This document shows, piece by piece, positions 1 through 7,016 of a stretch of 64,000 nt of DNA. Made by a program: the position numbers and the translations under genes. Location: positions 5,654-69,653 of the forward strand of contig CAMDOH010000003.1 of the NCBI GenBank assembly GCA_945903605.1, read 5' to 3'. Position 1 is the stretch's first letter. Every line of letters starts with the position of its first letter. Below the pieces are notes generated by a model. It saw only the letters and a program-made list of their open reading frames with translations. It had not been told where the DNA came from and did no database searches. The stretch is from Akkermansia muciniphila. GTDB lineage: Bacteria > Verrucomicrobiota > Verrucomicrobiia > Limisphaerales > UBA1100.

Positions 1-1
1 C

Positions 2-442
2 GTGAGCGTGAGCATTGGCGGATGGGACACGCACAGCAATAACTTCACTTCGCTGAAGACACGGCTTTCACCTTCACTCGATGCAGGTCTTGCCGGATTG
101 TTTGAATCGCTGCATCAGAAGGGACTTCTCGAATCCACTACGGTGTTTGTCACTGGCGAATTCGGCCGCACACCGAAGATTAACAAAACCGCTGGTCGCG
201 ATCATTATCCGCGCGCCATGTTCTGCGTAATGGCAGGTGGCGGAATCAAGGGTGGCCAAGTGATTGGCGCATCGGACGAGAAGGGTGAAGGCCCGAAAGA
301 TCGTGCCATCACGCCAGACGATGTCGCTGCGTCGTTTTACAAGACGCTGGGTATTGACGCCACGAAGGAATACAATACACCCAGCGGTCGTCCTGTGATG
401 GTGGTTCGCAACGGCAAGCCGATCGACGAACTGTTCGCTTAA
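2..442 (+). CDS. DUF1501 domain-containing protein (sulfatase-like fold), C-terminal part; the 5' end lies outside the window
   Basis: The ORF runs into the window edge. The translation contains GGWDTHSNNF, GEFGRTPKIN and GRDHYP, blocks characteristic of the DUF1501 family expanded in Planctomycetota/Verrucomicrobiota. Confidence 0.75.
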   Translation: MSVSIGGWDTHSNNFTSLKTRLSPSLDAGLAGLFESLHQKGLLESTTVFVTGEFGRTPKINKTAGRDHYPRAMFCVMAGGGIKGGQVIGASDEKGEGPKDRAITPDDVAASFYKTLGIDATKEYNTPSGRPVMVVRNGKPIDELFA

Positions 443-454
443 TCGTAGAAAATC

Positions 455-494
455 AAAAAAACCCTGTCGGCAAACCCGACAGGGTCTTTTTTTG
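455..494. terminator. Bidirectional intrinsic terminator between convergent genes
   Basis: A 10-bp stem pairs ACCCTGTCGG (461-470) with CCGACAGGGT (476-485) around loop CAAAC. An A6 tract lies upstream and a T7 tract downstream, so it can act on both strands. Confidence 0.7.
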
Positions 495-498
495 CAGA

Positions 499-1545
499 CT
501 AGAAAGTGAGCAGGTCGAGCAGGTTAATTCCGGCGGGCGCCAATTCCCAGCGACCTTTCTTTTTCACGACAAGATTGCGGGCAGGATTTTTCTTCTGCTC
601 AGTTTCATTGACGGAGAGAATTTGATATTTACCAGCGCCTTTAATTTCGGAGGCTGCGCGTGGCGTGATCTTGTAGGGGATGCCTGAGAAACTGATGGCG
701 AGTTCAAATCCAGCAACACCTTCTTTATCGGCGATCGGGTTGGGGAGAATCAATGGCGCATACCTCTTGATCCATTGAAATTGCTGTTTACGTACCATGA
801 CTCTGCACAATTCGGTTTGAGTGCGGACGAGATCAACGAGGTTGAATTTATTTCCCAGTCTATTCTGTTGAATGAGCAAGGATGTGGGATCGATTCCAAT
901 CAGATTCTGTCCGTTCCATTCGCCGTGATCGTTGCGTTGGCCGGGATGTGAGACTTTATACCAAGTTGCAAATCGGTCATTGGCGAGAAAGCCTAACTCG
1001 AAATGGAGATGAGCACGTTCGCGGGCGATTCCCTCGCGCGTGTTGGTAGTTCGTCCCAACACGGCAATCGTTTCACCAGCCTTGATGGTGGCGCCCGTCT
1101 TCAGTCCGGCACGAATCTCCTTGAGATGGGCGTACAGAGAATAAATCTCCATCCCGTCAATATTGTGCCGAATGACAAGATAGTTGCCGTAGTTGGAGAG
1201 GCTGGGACGGGTGTTGATGTAGGTCACGGTGCCATCGGCAGTGGCGAACACTGAATCAGTCGATTCGCCTTTCTTGTCGCGCTTGAGGCATTTGATGTCG
1301 ATGCCCTCGTGAAACTGGTTTCCGCCGGAACGAACACATCCAAATGCACCGGATGTCCATGATTTGCCAACGGTGCCTACGAAGAATCGTTCCTCTTGTC
1401 CACTTTCCAAAAGCAGTCGGTTCTCAGTTGGAAACGAAATGGCAGGTGCAGCATTGGCGGGACTTCCGAGAATGAAACACGAGATGAGCGTGCCGATGTA
1501 AAGTGGGAGTTGGCGCGTAATTCTCCGGAGTCGGGCTTGAATCAT
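499..1545 (-). CDS. M23 family (LytM-like) metallopeptidase, secreted
   Basis: The 348-aa ORF has an N-terminal signal-like segment (LPLYIGTLISCFILGSPANAAPA). It carries the M23 zinc motifs FHEGIDI (HxxxD) and AHLHFE (HxH). Its start overlaps the upstream gene's stop by 4 nt (ATGA). Confidence 0.8.
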   Translation of the reverse strand: MIQARLRRITRQLPLYIGTLISCFILGSPANAAPAISFPTENRLLLESGQEERFFVGTVGKSWTSGAFGCVRSGGNQFHEGIDIKCLKRDKKGESTDSVFATADGTVTYINTRPSLSNYGNYLVIRHNIDGMEIYSLYAHLKEIRAGLKTGATIKAGETIAVLGRTTNTREGIARERAHLHFELGFLANDRFATWYKVSHPGQRNDHGEWNGQNLIGIDPTSLLIQQNRLGNKFNLVDLVRTQTELCRVMVRKQQFQWIKRYAPLILPNPIADKEGVAGFELAISFSGIPYKITPRAASEIKGAGKYQILSVNETEQKKNPARNLVVKKKGRWELAPAGINLLDLLTF

Positions 1546-2123
1546 TTCCTTGGCGATTTCGAATTGGCGGTGGGGAAAAGTTTATCGGGTGGGGGAGTTT
1601 TCTTTGGAGTTTTGGGTTTTGGCGGAGCGACCATCTTTTTATTGACTCCATCCACAATCTGTTTGCATTCCTCGATGGATGCGTCTGGAGTAAAAATCAG
1701 GTTGCCATTGGTAATCGTCTCCGTGAGTAGCAAAGCGGTAAGCCAGCGTAACTGCGGATTCTTTTCTCCGAAAGAGGCTCCGATGACCAGTCTCTTTCCG
1801 CGATGACTAATGGACATATTTTCAAGATAGACTGTGCCGGATCGATTGAGAGTAATATGGAGAACGTGCCCGCCATCGATTGTTTCTCTGAGTGTCAGTG
1901 TGTCGAAAGAATCCATCGCGATTGAAGGAGTGCGATAAACGTGAAGCACTCGCGGAGCAGCTCGAAAAATCTCAATAGGTATCACTCGGCCTTCTTCGAT
2001 AGGGCTGCCTTCAAGGTAAATTGCAACGGTCGCCTTTGGTTTTGTTTGCCCAGGAAGAGTACTGCAAGCATTCAAAAAAAGGCTGACAACGAGAAGTAGA
2101 GTGGTCGCCACTTCATTTTTCAT
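1542..2123 (-). CDS. Hypothetical lipoprotein, co-transcribed with the M23 peptidase
   Basis: The ORF is 1542..2204. An internal Met at 2123 gives MKNEVATTLLLVVSLFLNAC, a canonical lipoprotein signal with an LNAC lipobox. The C-terminus is Pro/Lys-rich. I recognise no family. Confidence 0.5.
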   Translation of the reverse strand: MKNEVATTLLLVVSLFLNACSTLPGQTKPKATVAIYLEGSPIEEGRVIPIEIFRAAPRVLHVYRTPSIAMDSFDTLTLRETIDGGHVLHITLNRSGTVYLENMSISHRGKRLVIGASFGEKNPQLRWLTALLLTETITNGNLIFTPDASIEECKQIVDGVNKKMVAPPKPKTPKKTPPPDKLFPTANSKSPRK

Positions 2124-2168
2124 GTTGCCATGGAGACAGAAATACGGCACGCCTGTAAAGAGTTCGAT

Positions 2169-2273
2169 ATGAGCAAACAGCATAATAAGGTTCAAAAACG
2201 TCAACGTCGTCTGAAATCCCTCAAGCGCAAGAAGGTCGCCGCCAAGTCGCGCACTCGGAAAAAAACTAAGTAG
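2169..2273 (+). CDS. Possible 34-aa Lys/Arg-rich micro-ORF (MSKQHNKVQKRQRRLKSLKRKKVAAKSRTRKKTK)
   Basis: I translated it by hand from ATG 2169 to TAG 2271-2273; it is below the ORF-track cutoff. It has 18 of 34 K/R residues and only a weak AAGAG upstream. It is free of overlap only if the divergent lipoprotein starts at 2123. Confidence 0.25.
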   Translation: MSKQHNKVQKRQRRLKSLKRKKVAAKSRTRKKTK

Positions 2274-2279
2274 TCAGAC

Positions 2280-3405
2280 GGTTCCTGTCGCCGGGCCAAT
2301 AGCGTTTGCTAGTCAAAGTGACTTGCACGCTTGAATTCCACTCCGCATTCGCAGGGGTTTGTTCACACTGCCTGAAAATCGCGGCAGCGTGGTTGTGAAC
2401 AATTCTAATCCCCATCGCAAACGGCTTTGTTTGCAGCGCTATTTCGATGTTCACTTCCAAATCCAACAATCCATTCTGTTAGAAGTTGGCGTATAAGATT
2501 CAATAGTCACTGAGGGATTCCGTGTTAGCGTATTAACAGTTCCTTGAAAGAACCGAGACAATCTGGTGATTCGATTCGCGGATTGTTTTAAAGATAAACC
2601 CAGGTGACTGGGCAAAGAATCAATCAAGCTAGTTAGGTTGATTCCCTCTGATAGACTTTCGGGCTGCTGCCTCACGGTGGTAGTTCGGGAGGATAGGAGG
2701 CAGGATTCACCGACCCCTGCGCTGGCGTTCGCGCGCTGGCGTAATGCGAATTAGGGGCAGGCAGCTAGGGACGATTAGAAGCCGTTCCGCGCTGAGTAAG
2801 AAATTCGGGTGGTTTCGAACCCGAGTGGATCGTGGTTGCCAAGATGGCAGTGGTTACTACCGCGTGCTAGTACAGAGACAAGGCCAGATGGACGTAAGTC
2901 CGTCATGACAGAAAAGACCGCTGCGAGGCGGGAAATAAAGTCGGTTTGTTTCTGTGGGGATAAAAGGGCGCTGGCAGTGCCCGTTTGCTCCGGTAAATAG
3001 GACAGCAGCGACTGAAAAGCCGCTGAAATGTAAGACTAAAGTAACCTGAGAGGTAAGAGGCAAGACCCGTCGCACGGGCCAACGCACCGCCAAAAGCGGT
3101 GGCCGTCCTTGTGCAAAGCGGTTCAGAGGCGAGTCAGCTTGCATTCGTGTCTGAACTAGGTTCGCTAGCGGAGGGACCGCAACCCTTCGCCAAGTGTGCA
3201 AAGAGGCCTCACTCGATAGTCTGGTAGTTGAAAGACTCTAGACGGCCCTGCTATGAGGCCGAGACTCCGTTTGCTCCGGAGAATAGCGTCGGGAAGCCGG
3301 CGACCTATATGGTGCCAAATGTCCGGCAATGGGAAAGAGAGTGTGGCGAACTCCCACCCCCTATTTGACCCGTCCGACGAAAGTCGGGCGGGTCTTTTAT
3401 TTCGT
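2280..3405 (+). ncRNA. Candidate large structured RNA of unknown class (core 2660-3405; 5' boundary uncertain)
   Basis: This ~1.1 kb has no credible ORF; only overlapping 60-115 aa frames on both strands with R/L/P/S-rich junk translations. It contains many stems, including 2359-2367/2394-2402 (9 bp), 2667-2673/2697-2703 (7 bp) and 3121-3127/3150-3156 (7 bp). Further stems are 3168-3175/3183-3190 (8 bp with one G-U), 3205-3211/3254-3260 (7 bp) and CACCGC/GCGGTG near 3086-3102. The exact 13-nt repeat CCGTTTGCTCCGG occurs at 2981-2993 and 3267-3279. The region ends in a strong plus-strand terminator at 3367-3404. Confidence 0.45.
3367..3404 (+). terminator. Strong intrinsic terminator closing the structured region, 66 nt upstream of the cysK ATG
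   Basis: A 12-bp stem pairs GACCCGTCCGAC (3367-3378) with GTCGGGCGGGTC (3383-3394), with one G-U pair and a GAAA tetraloop. TTTTATTTCG follows it. There is no A-tract upstream, so it acts on the plus strand only. Confidence 0.8.
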
Positions 3406-3470
3406 CGTTTGGATTCATCGGAAAAGGCTTGCCCTCGCATCACTTTGTCGGACAATCGTCACCAATACTT

Positions 3471-4454
3471 ATGGGACGCATCTACAACGACATTGTCGAA
3501 ACAGTGGGAAACACTCCTTTGGTTCGGCTCAACAAGGTGACAGCGGGATTGCACGCAACAATCCTGCTAAAGTGTGAGTACTTCAACCCGCTCGGTTCAG
3601 TCAAAGACCGCATCGGCATGGCGATGATCGCCGATGCTGAAAAGCGTGGCATCTTAAAAAAAGACACAATCATTATTGAACCCACCAGCGGCAATACTGG
3701 AATTGCGCTCGCCTTCGTTTGTGCCGCCCGTGGTTATCAACTCATTCTCACGATGCCCGAAACGATGTCGCTGGAACGCAGAACACTGCTGGCTATGCTC
3801 GGCGCCAAACTAATTCTCACGCCAGGACCGCAAGGAATGAAAGGCGCTATTGCCAAGGCCACTGAATTGGCGGCGCAGACTCCTAACTCATGGATCCCGC
3901 AACAATTTGAGAACGAAGCGAACCCAGAAATTCATCGCAAAACAACGGCTGAAGAAATCTGGTCAGACACGGATGGAAAGGTGGATATTTTGATCGCAGC
4001 CGTCGGAACGGGTGGCACAATCACTGGCTGTTACGAAGTGATCAAGCCCCGCAGAGCTTCCTTTCAAGCTATCGCCGTTGAACCGATGGACTCGCCAGTA
4101 ATCTCGCAGACGCTTGCTGGGCAGACTCCCGTTCCGGGGCCGCATAAAATTCAAGGCACCGGTGCCGGGTTTGTGCCGAAGAATCTTCACCTCAAAGATT
4201 CCAGTGGCAACAATCAGATTACGGAATGTGTCAAAGTCTCGAACGACGATTCATTCGCGATGGCACGACGATTGGCGAAGGAAGAGGGGATCTTGGTCGG
4301 GATTTCAACCGGAGCCAACGTAGTGGCTGCAATTCAAGTAGCCAGTCGGCCTGAAAACAAAGGGAAGATTATTGTCACGATTGCGTGTTCCACAGGCGAG
4401 CGATATTTGAGCACCGCTTTGGCGGCGGATGCCAGAGCAGAAGTGGGTGCTTGA
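3471..4454 (+). CDS. cysK: Cysteine synthase A (O-acetylserine sulfhydrylase)
   Basis: The N-terminus [18 protein letters not shown] matches CysK. The PLP-lysine motif SVKDR, TSGNTG and the GTGGT loop are present. I chose ATG 3471 over TTG 3429 by comparison with typical CysK N-termini. Confidence 0.9.
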   Translation: MGRIYNDIVETVGNTPLVRLNKVTAGLHATILLKCEYFNPLGSVKDRIGMAMIADAEKRGILKKDTIIIEPTSGNTGIALAFVCAARGYQLILTMPETMSLERRTLLAMLGAKLILTPGPQGMKGAIAKATELAAQTPNSWIPQQFENEANPEIHRKTTAEEIWSDTDGKVDILIAAVGTGGTITGCYEVIKPRRASFQAIAVEPMDSPVISQTLAGQTPVPGPHKIQGTGAGFVPKNLHLKDSSGNNQITECVKVSNDDSFAMARRLAKEEGILVGISTGANVVAAIQVASRPENKGKIIVTIACSTGERYLSTALAADARAEVGA

Positions 4455-4622
4455 ATTTCTATTAAATTAGGGTTGCCAACCGATGGCCGCTGTTGCATAA
4501 GAACGCGTCGTTGGCGTCGGGTAGGTTTCACCAGACAGTCATTCGTTCAGGCTTAACAATTCAAATACGGTTCGTCGGTTTGTCCTGATTGGGTGGAGTA
4601 ATTCGCGCCAGCATTTTTGAAC

Positions 4623-5747
4623 ATGAACAACCATAGCACGCCCTTCCCTGAACAAGGTGAAGGATATTTGGAAATCGCCGAAAAGGGATTTGGATTTCTC
4701 CGTTCCCCCGGCAATCGATTCCAATCCAAGCCCACCGACATCTTCGTCACTCCCGACACCATCAAGCGCAGTTTTCTGCGCGAGGGATGTCATGTCGCAG
4801 GCAAACTTTCTCCGCCACACCGAGGCCATAGCCCACAGCTCAAAGAGGTCGTATCCGTGAACGGAGTCGCATTCGTTGAGTACACTCAAGCAATCCGGTT
4901 CGAAAACCTCACCACCATCGATCCCATCGAGAAATTCAAACTCGAGACCACCCCCGATGCCATCGAGACCCGCATCATCGATCTCGTCACACCCATCGGC
5001 AAAGGCACGAGGGGACTCATCGTGGCGCCACCGCGCACCGGCAAGACCACCATTCTCAAGCAAATCGCCAACGCGATCACCACCAACCATCCCGATGTGA
5101 AAGTGATTGTGCTGCTCATCGATGAGCGCCCGGAGGAAGTCACCGATTTTGAACGTTCAGTCAAAGCCGAGGTTGTCGCCAGCTCGAACGACATGGATAT
5201 TGAAACCCATGTCCGTCTTTCCCGATTCATCATCGAGCGTTGCCGACGTCTCGTTGAATGCGGTCAAAATGTATTCGTTTTGTTGGACTCCATCACACGC
5301 GTCGCCCGAGCTTACAACAATGTGCACGGCGGATCTGGAAGAACGATGTCCGGCGGTGTGGATGCCCGCGCATTGGAGATTCCCCGAAAAATGTTTGCTG
5401 CCGCACGCAAGATCGAAGGCGGCGGCTCACTCACCATCCTTGCCACTGCGCTCGTCGATACAGGCAGCCGCATGGACGAATTGATTTTCCAAGAGTTCAA
5501 AGGCACCGGCAACATGGAGCTGATTCTGGAACGGAAACTTTCCGAGCGCCGACTTTTCCCCGCCATCGACATCCCCAAATCGGGCACGCGCAAAGAGGAA
5601 AAACTTTTCCCAGCGCATCAACTTGAGGCCATCCGAAAACTTCGTCGTACCATGGTGGATCTCAACCCAGTCGACGCAATGGAAACGCTCATCGGCGCCT
5701 TGAAGAAATTTAAGACGAATGACGAGCTGCTTTCGAAGCTGATTTAA
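4623..5747 (+). CDS. rho: Transcription termination factor Rho (short form, no N-terminal helix bundle)
   Basis: The translation has GFGFLR (RNA-binding OB fold), Walker A PPRTGKTT, LLIDERPEEV, GTGNMEL and RLFPAID. A TTG at 4617 or an ATG at 4623 could be the start. An in-frame TAA at 4599-4601 prevents any upstream extension. Confidence 0.93.
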   Translation: MNNHSTPFPEQGEGYLEIAEKGFGFLRSPGNRFQSKPTDIFVTPDTIKRSFLREGCHVAGKLSPPHRGHSPQLKEVVSVNGVAFVEYTQAIRFENLTTIDPIEKFKLETTPDAIETRIIDLVTPIGKGTRGLIVAPPRTGKTTILKQIANAITTNHPDVKVIVLLIDERPEEVTDFERSVKAEVVASSNDMDIETHVRLSRFIIERCRRLVECGQNVFVLLDSITRVARAYNNVHGGSGRTMSGGVDARALEIPRKMFAAARKIEGGGSLTILATALVDTGSRMDELIFQEFKGTGNMELILERKLSERRLFPAIDIPKSGTRKEEKLFPAHQLEAIRKLRRTMVDLNPVDAMETLIGALKKFKTNDELLSKLI

Positions 5748-5810
5748 CCGGCAGTTTTTTCAGCGCGTTGTCACTGGCGCAGTGTTCTGGCTTCCATTAC
5801 GGTTGCTGCA

Positions 5811-6812
5811 GTGACACGGAGGGAAAACAACACCGGCATTCGGCAATCGCCGCGTCAACGACCGCCACTGGAGCGGATGATGCGGATTCACCATCTCCTA
5901 CAGGCTGAGAAGAAACCGAACGCAACAACTCTGGCCAGAGCGCTTGAGGTTTGCTCAAAGACAATCCATCGCGATCTGGAATTCATGCGCGACCGGCTGG
6001 GCTTGCCCTTGGAGTACGACTCCAAGGCCAATGGCTACCATTACACAGGCCCAGTGACTGAGTATCCTGCATTGCAAATTACAGAGGGAGAATTGTTCGC
6101 ACTGTTGATTGCTGAGAAAGCAATCCAGCAATATCGCGGCACTCCATTCGAGGTTCCGTTGTCGCAAACTTTTCAGAAGATCGTTTCCGCTTTGCCAGAT
6201 GAGTTTTCATTAAATCTCGCCGAATGGGATCGAAGCATTTCATTCCGCACCTCGGCAGTTCCGCGATTGCCGGTGGAGGTGTTCGATCAACTGGCGCGCG
6301 CGACCGCCAAACGCAAAGGGCTGAAATTGCATTACCGCAAACCGGGCGCGAGCAAGGCAGAGGTTCGGACTGTTGATCCCTACCATTTGGCAAACATCAA
6401 CGGAGAATGGTTTCTGTTTGCACATGATCATCTGCGCAATGATTTGAGAACGTTTGTGCCGGCTCGAATAGAGCAAGTGGAGGAGACGGGATCGACATTC
6501 GAACGGCCGGATAATTTCTCGCTGGCAAAACATCTTGAAGGATCATTCGGCATTCGGACTGGTGGAACCCCACACAAGGTGGTGATCCAATTCTCTGCCC
6601 AAGTGGCGACGTACGTTCGCGAAAAACAGTGGCACGCATCGCAGCAACTCAGAAATCTAAATGAGGGCTGTGTTGAGTTGACCCTGCGATTGAATGAACT
6701 TGATGAAGTGCGGCGTTGGATACTTTCCTGGGCAGGCGAAGCGCGCGCCATTGCTCCAAAGGAATTGATCGATGCAATCCGGCTTTCTGCAACGCAAATA
6801 CTCAAGAGTTGA
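5811..6812 (+). CDS. HTH + WYL domain transcriptional regulator
   Basis: The N-terminal winged-HTH segment reads LARALEVCSKTIHRDLEFMRDRLGLPLEY. The central WYL-type block is DPYHLANINGEWFLFAHDHLRNDLRTFVPARI, followed by a C-terminal extension. The start is uncertain: GTG 5811 or ATG 5877. Confidence 0.7.
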   Translation: MTRRENNTGIRQSPRQRPPLERMMRIHHLLQAEKKPNATTLARALEVCSKTIHRDLEFMRDRLGLPLEYDSKANGYHYTGPVTEYPALQITEGELFALLIAEKAIQQYRGTPFEVPLSQTFQKIVSALPDEFSLNLAEWDRSISFRTSAVPRLPVEVFDQLARATAKRKGLKLHYRKPGASKAEVRTVDPYHLANINGEWFLFAHDHLRNDLRTFVPARIEQVEETGSTFERPDNFSLAKHLEGSFGIRTGGTPHKVVIQFSAQVATYVREKQWHASQQLRNLNEGCVELTLRLNELDEVRRWILSWAGEARAIAPKELIDAIRLSATQILKS

Positions 6813-7016
6813 AATGCAATCTGAGCTTGAATTGTTGGCCGTCCGCGCACATTATCTGTAATAGCAAAAAGGAGGCTCGCCATTCGGTTTGAACGGTTTA
6901 GCGCCGTTTGGTTTAGAAATGGGCTTGCACTCCATATAGTGGTTGAGGTAACTACTCGGCCCGACATATAGAGGCTGTTGCCTCTGAGGTGTCGATTAAT
7001 TGAAAGGGAGGGATGC

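Noticed and set aside
2690-3405. The structured region as RNase P RNA, tmRNA, SRP RNA, 6S RNA or a group II intron
   Set aside because: It has no GGAAAGTCCGG/ACAGAA-CCGGCTTA P4 pair separated by ~300 nt; the AAGTCCG and ACAGAAAAG strings at 2896-2916 are adjacent to each other. There is no tmRNA 5' GGGG...TTCGAC, no T-arm/CCA 3' end and no ...ALAA-type tag frame. There is no SRP domain IV motif, no group II domain V and no reverse transcriptase. The length does not fit 6S RNA. A covariance-model scan is still needed.
2266-3577. ORF-track frames inside the non-coding region as genes (2266..2469-, 2451..2675-, 2809..3000+, 2857..3201-, 3165..3455-, 3253..3540+, 3329..3577+)
   Set aside because: They overlap one another on both strands. 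Their translations are low-complexity and rich in R/L/S/P, and I recognise no motifs. Several run through the terminator hairpin or into cysK out of frame.
4539-5090. A 183-aa ORF antisense to rho. The same applies to 6428..7210 (antisense to the WYL gene and smc), 15345..15995 (antisense to the ECF sigma gene), 16701..17198 (antisense to gyrB), 38231..39299 (antisense to DUF2203 and the ABC ATPase) and 61284..61823 (antisense to glnB)
   Set aside because: In every case the opposite strand encodes a protein with unmistakable family motifs. The antisense translations are Gly/Asp/Arg-rich with no motifs, which is the typical shadow-ORF artefact of moderately GC-rich coding DNA.
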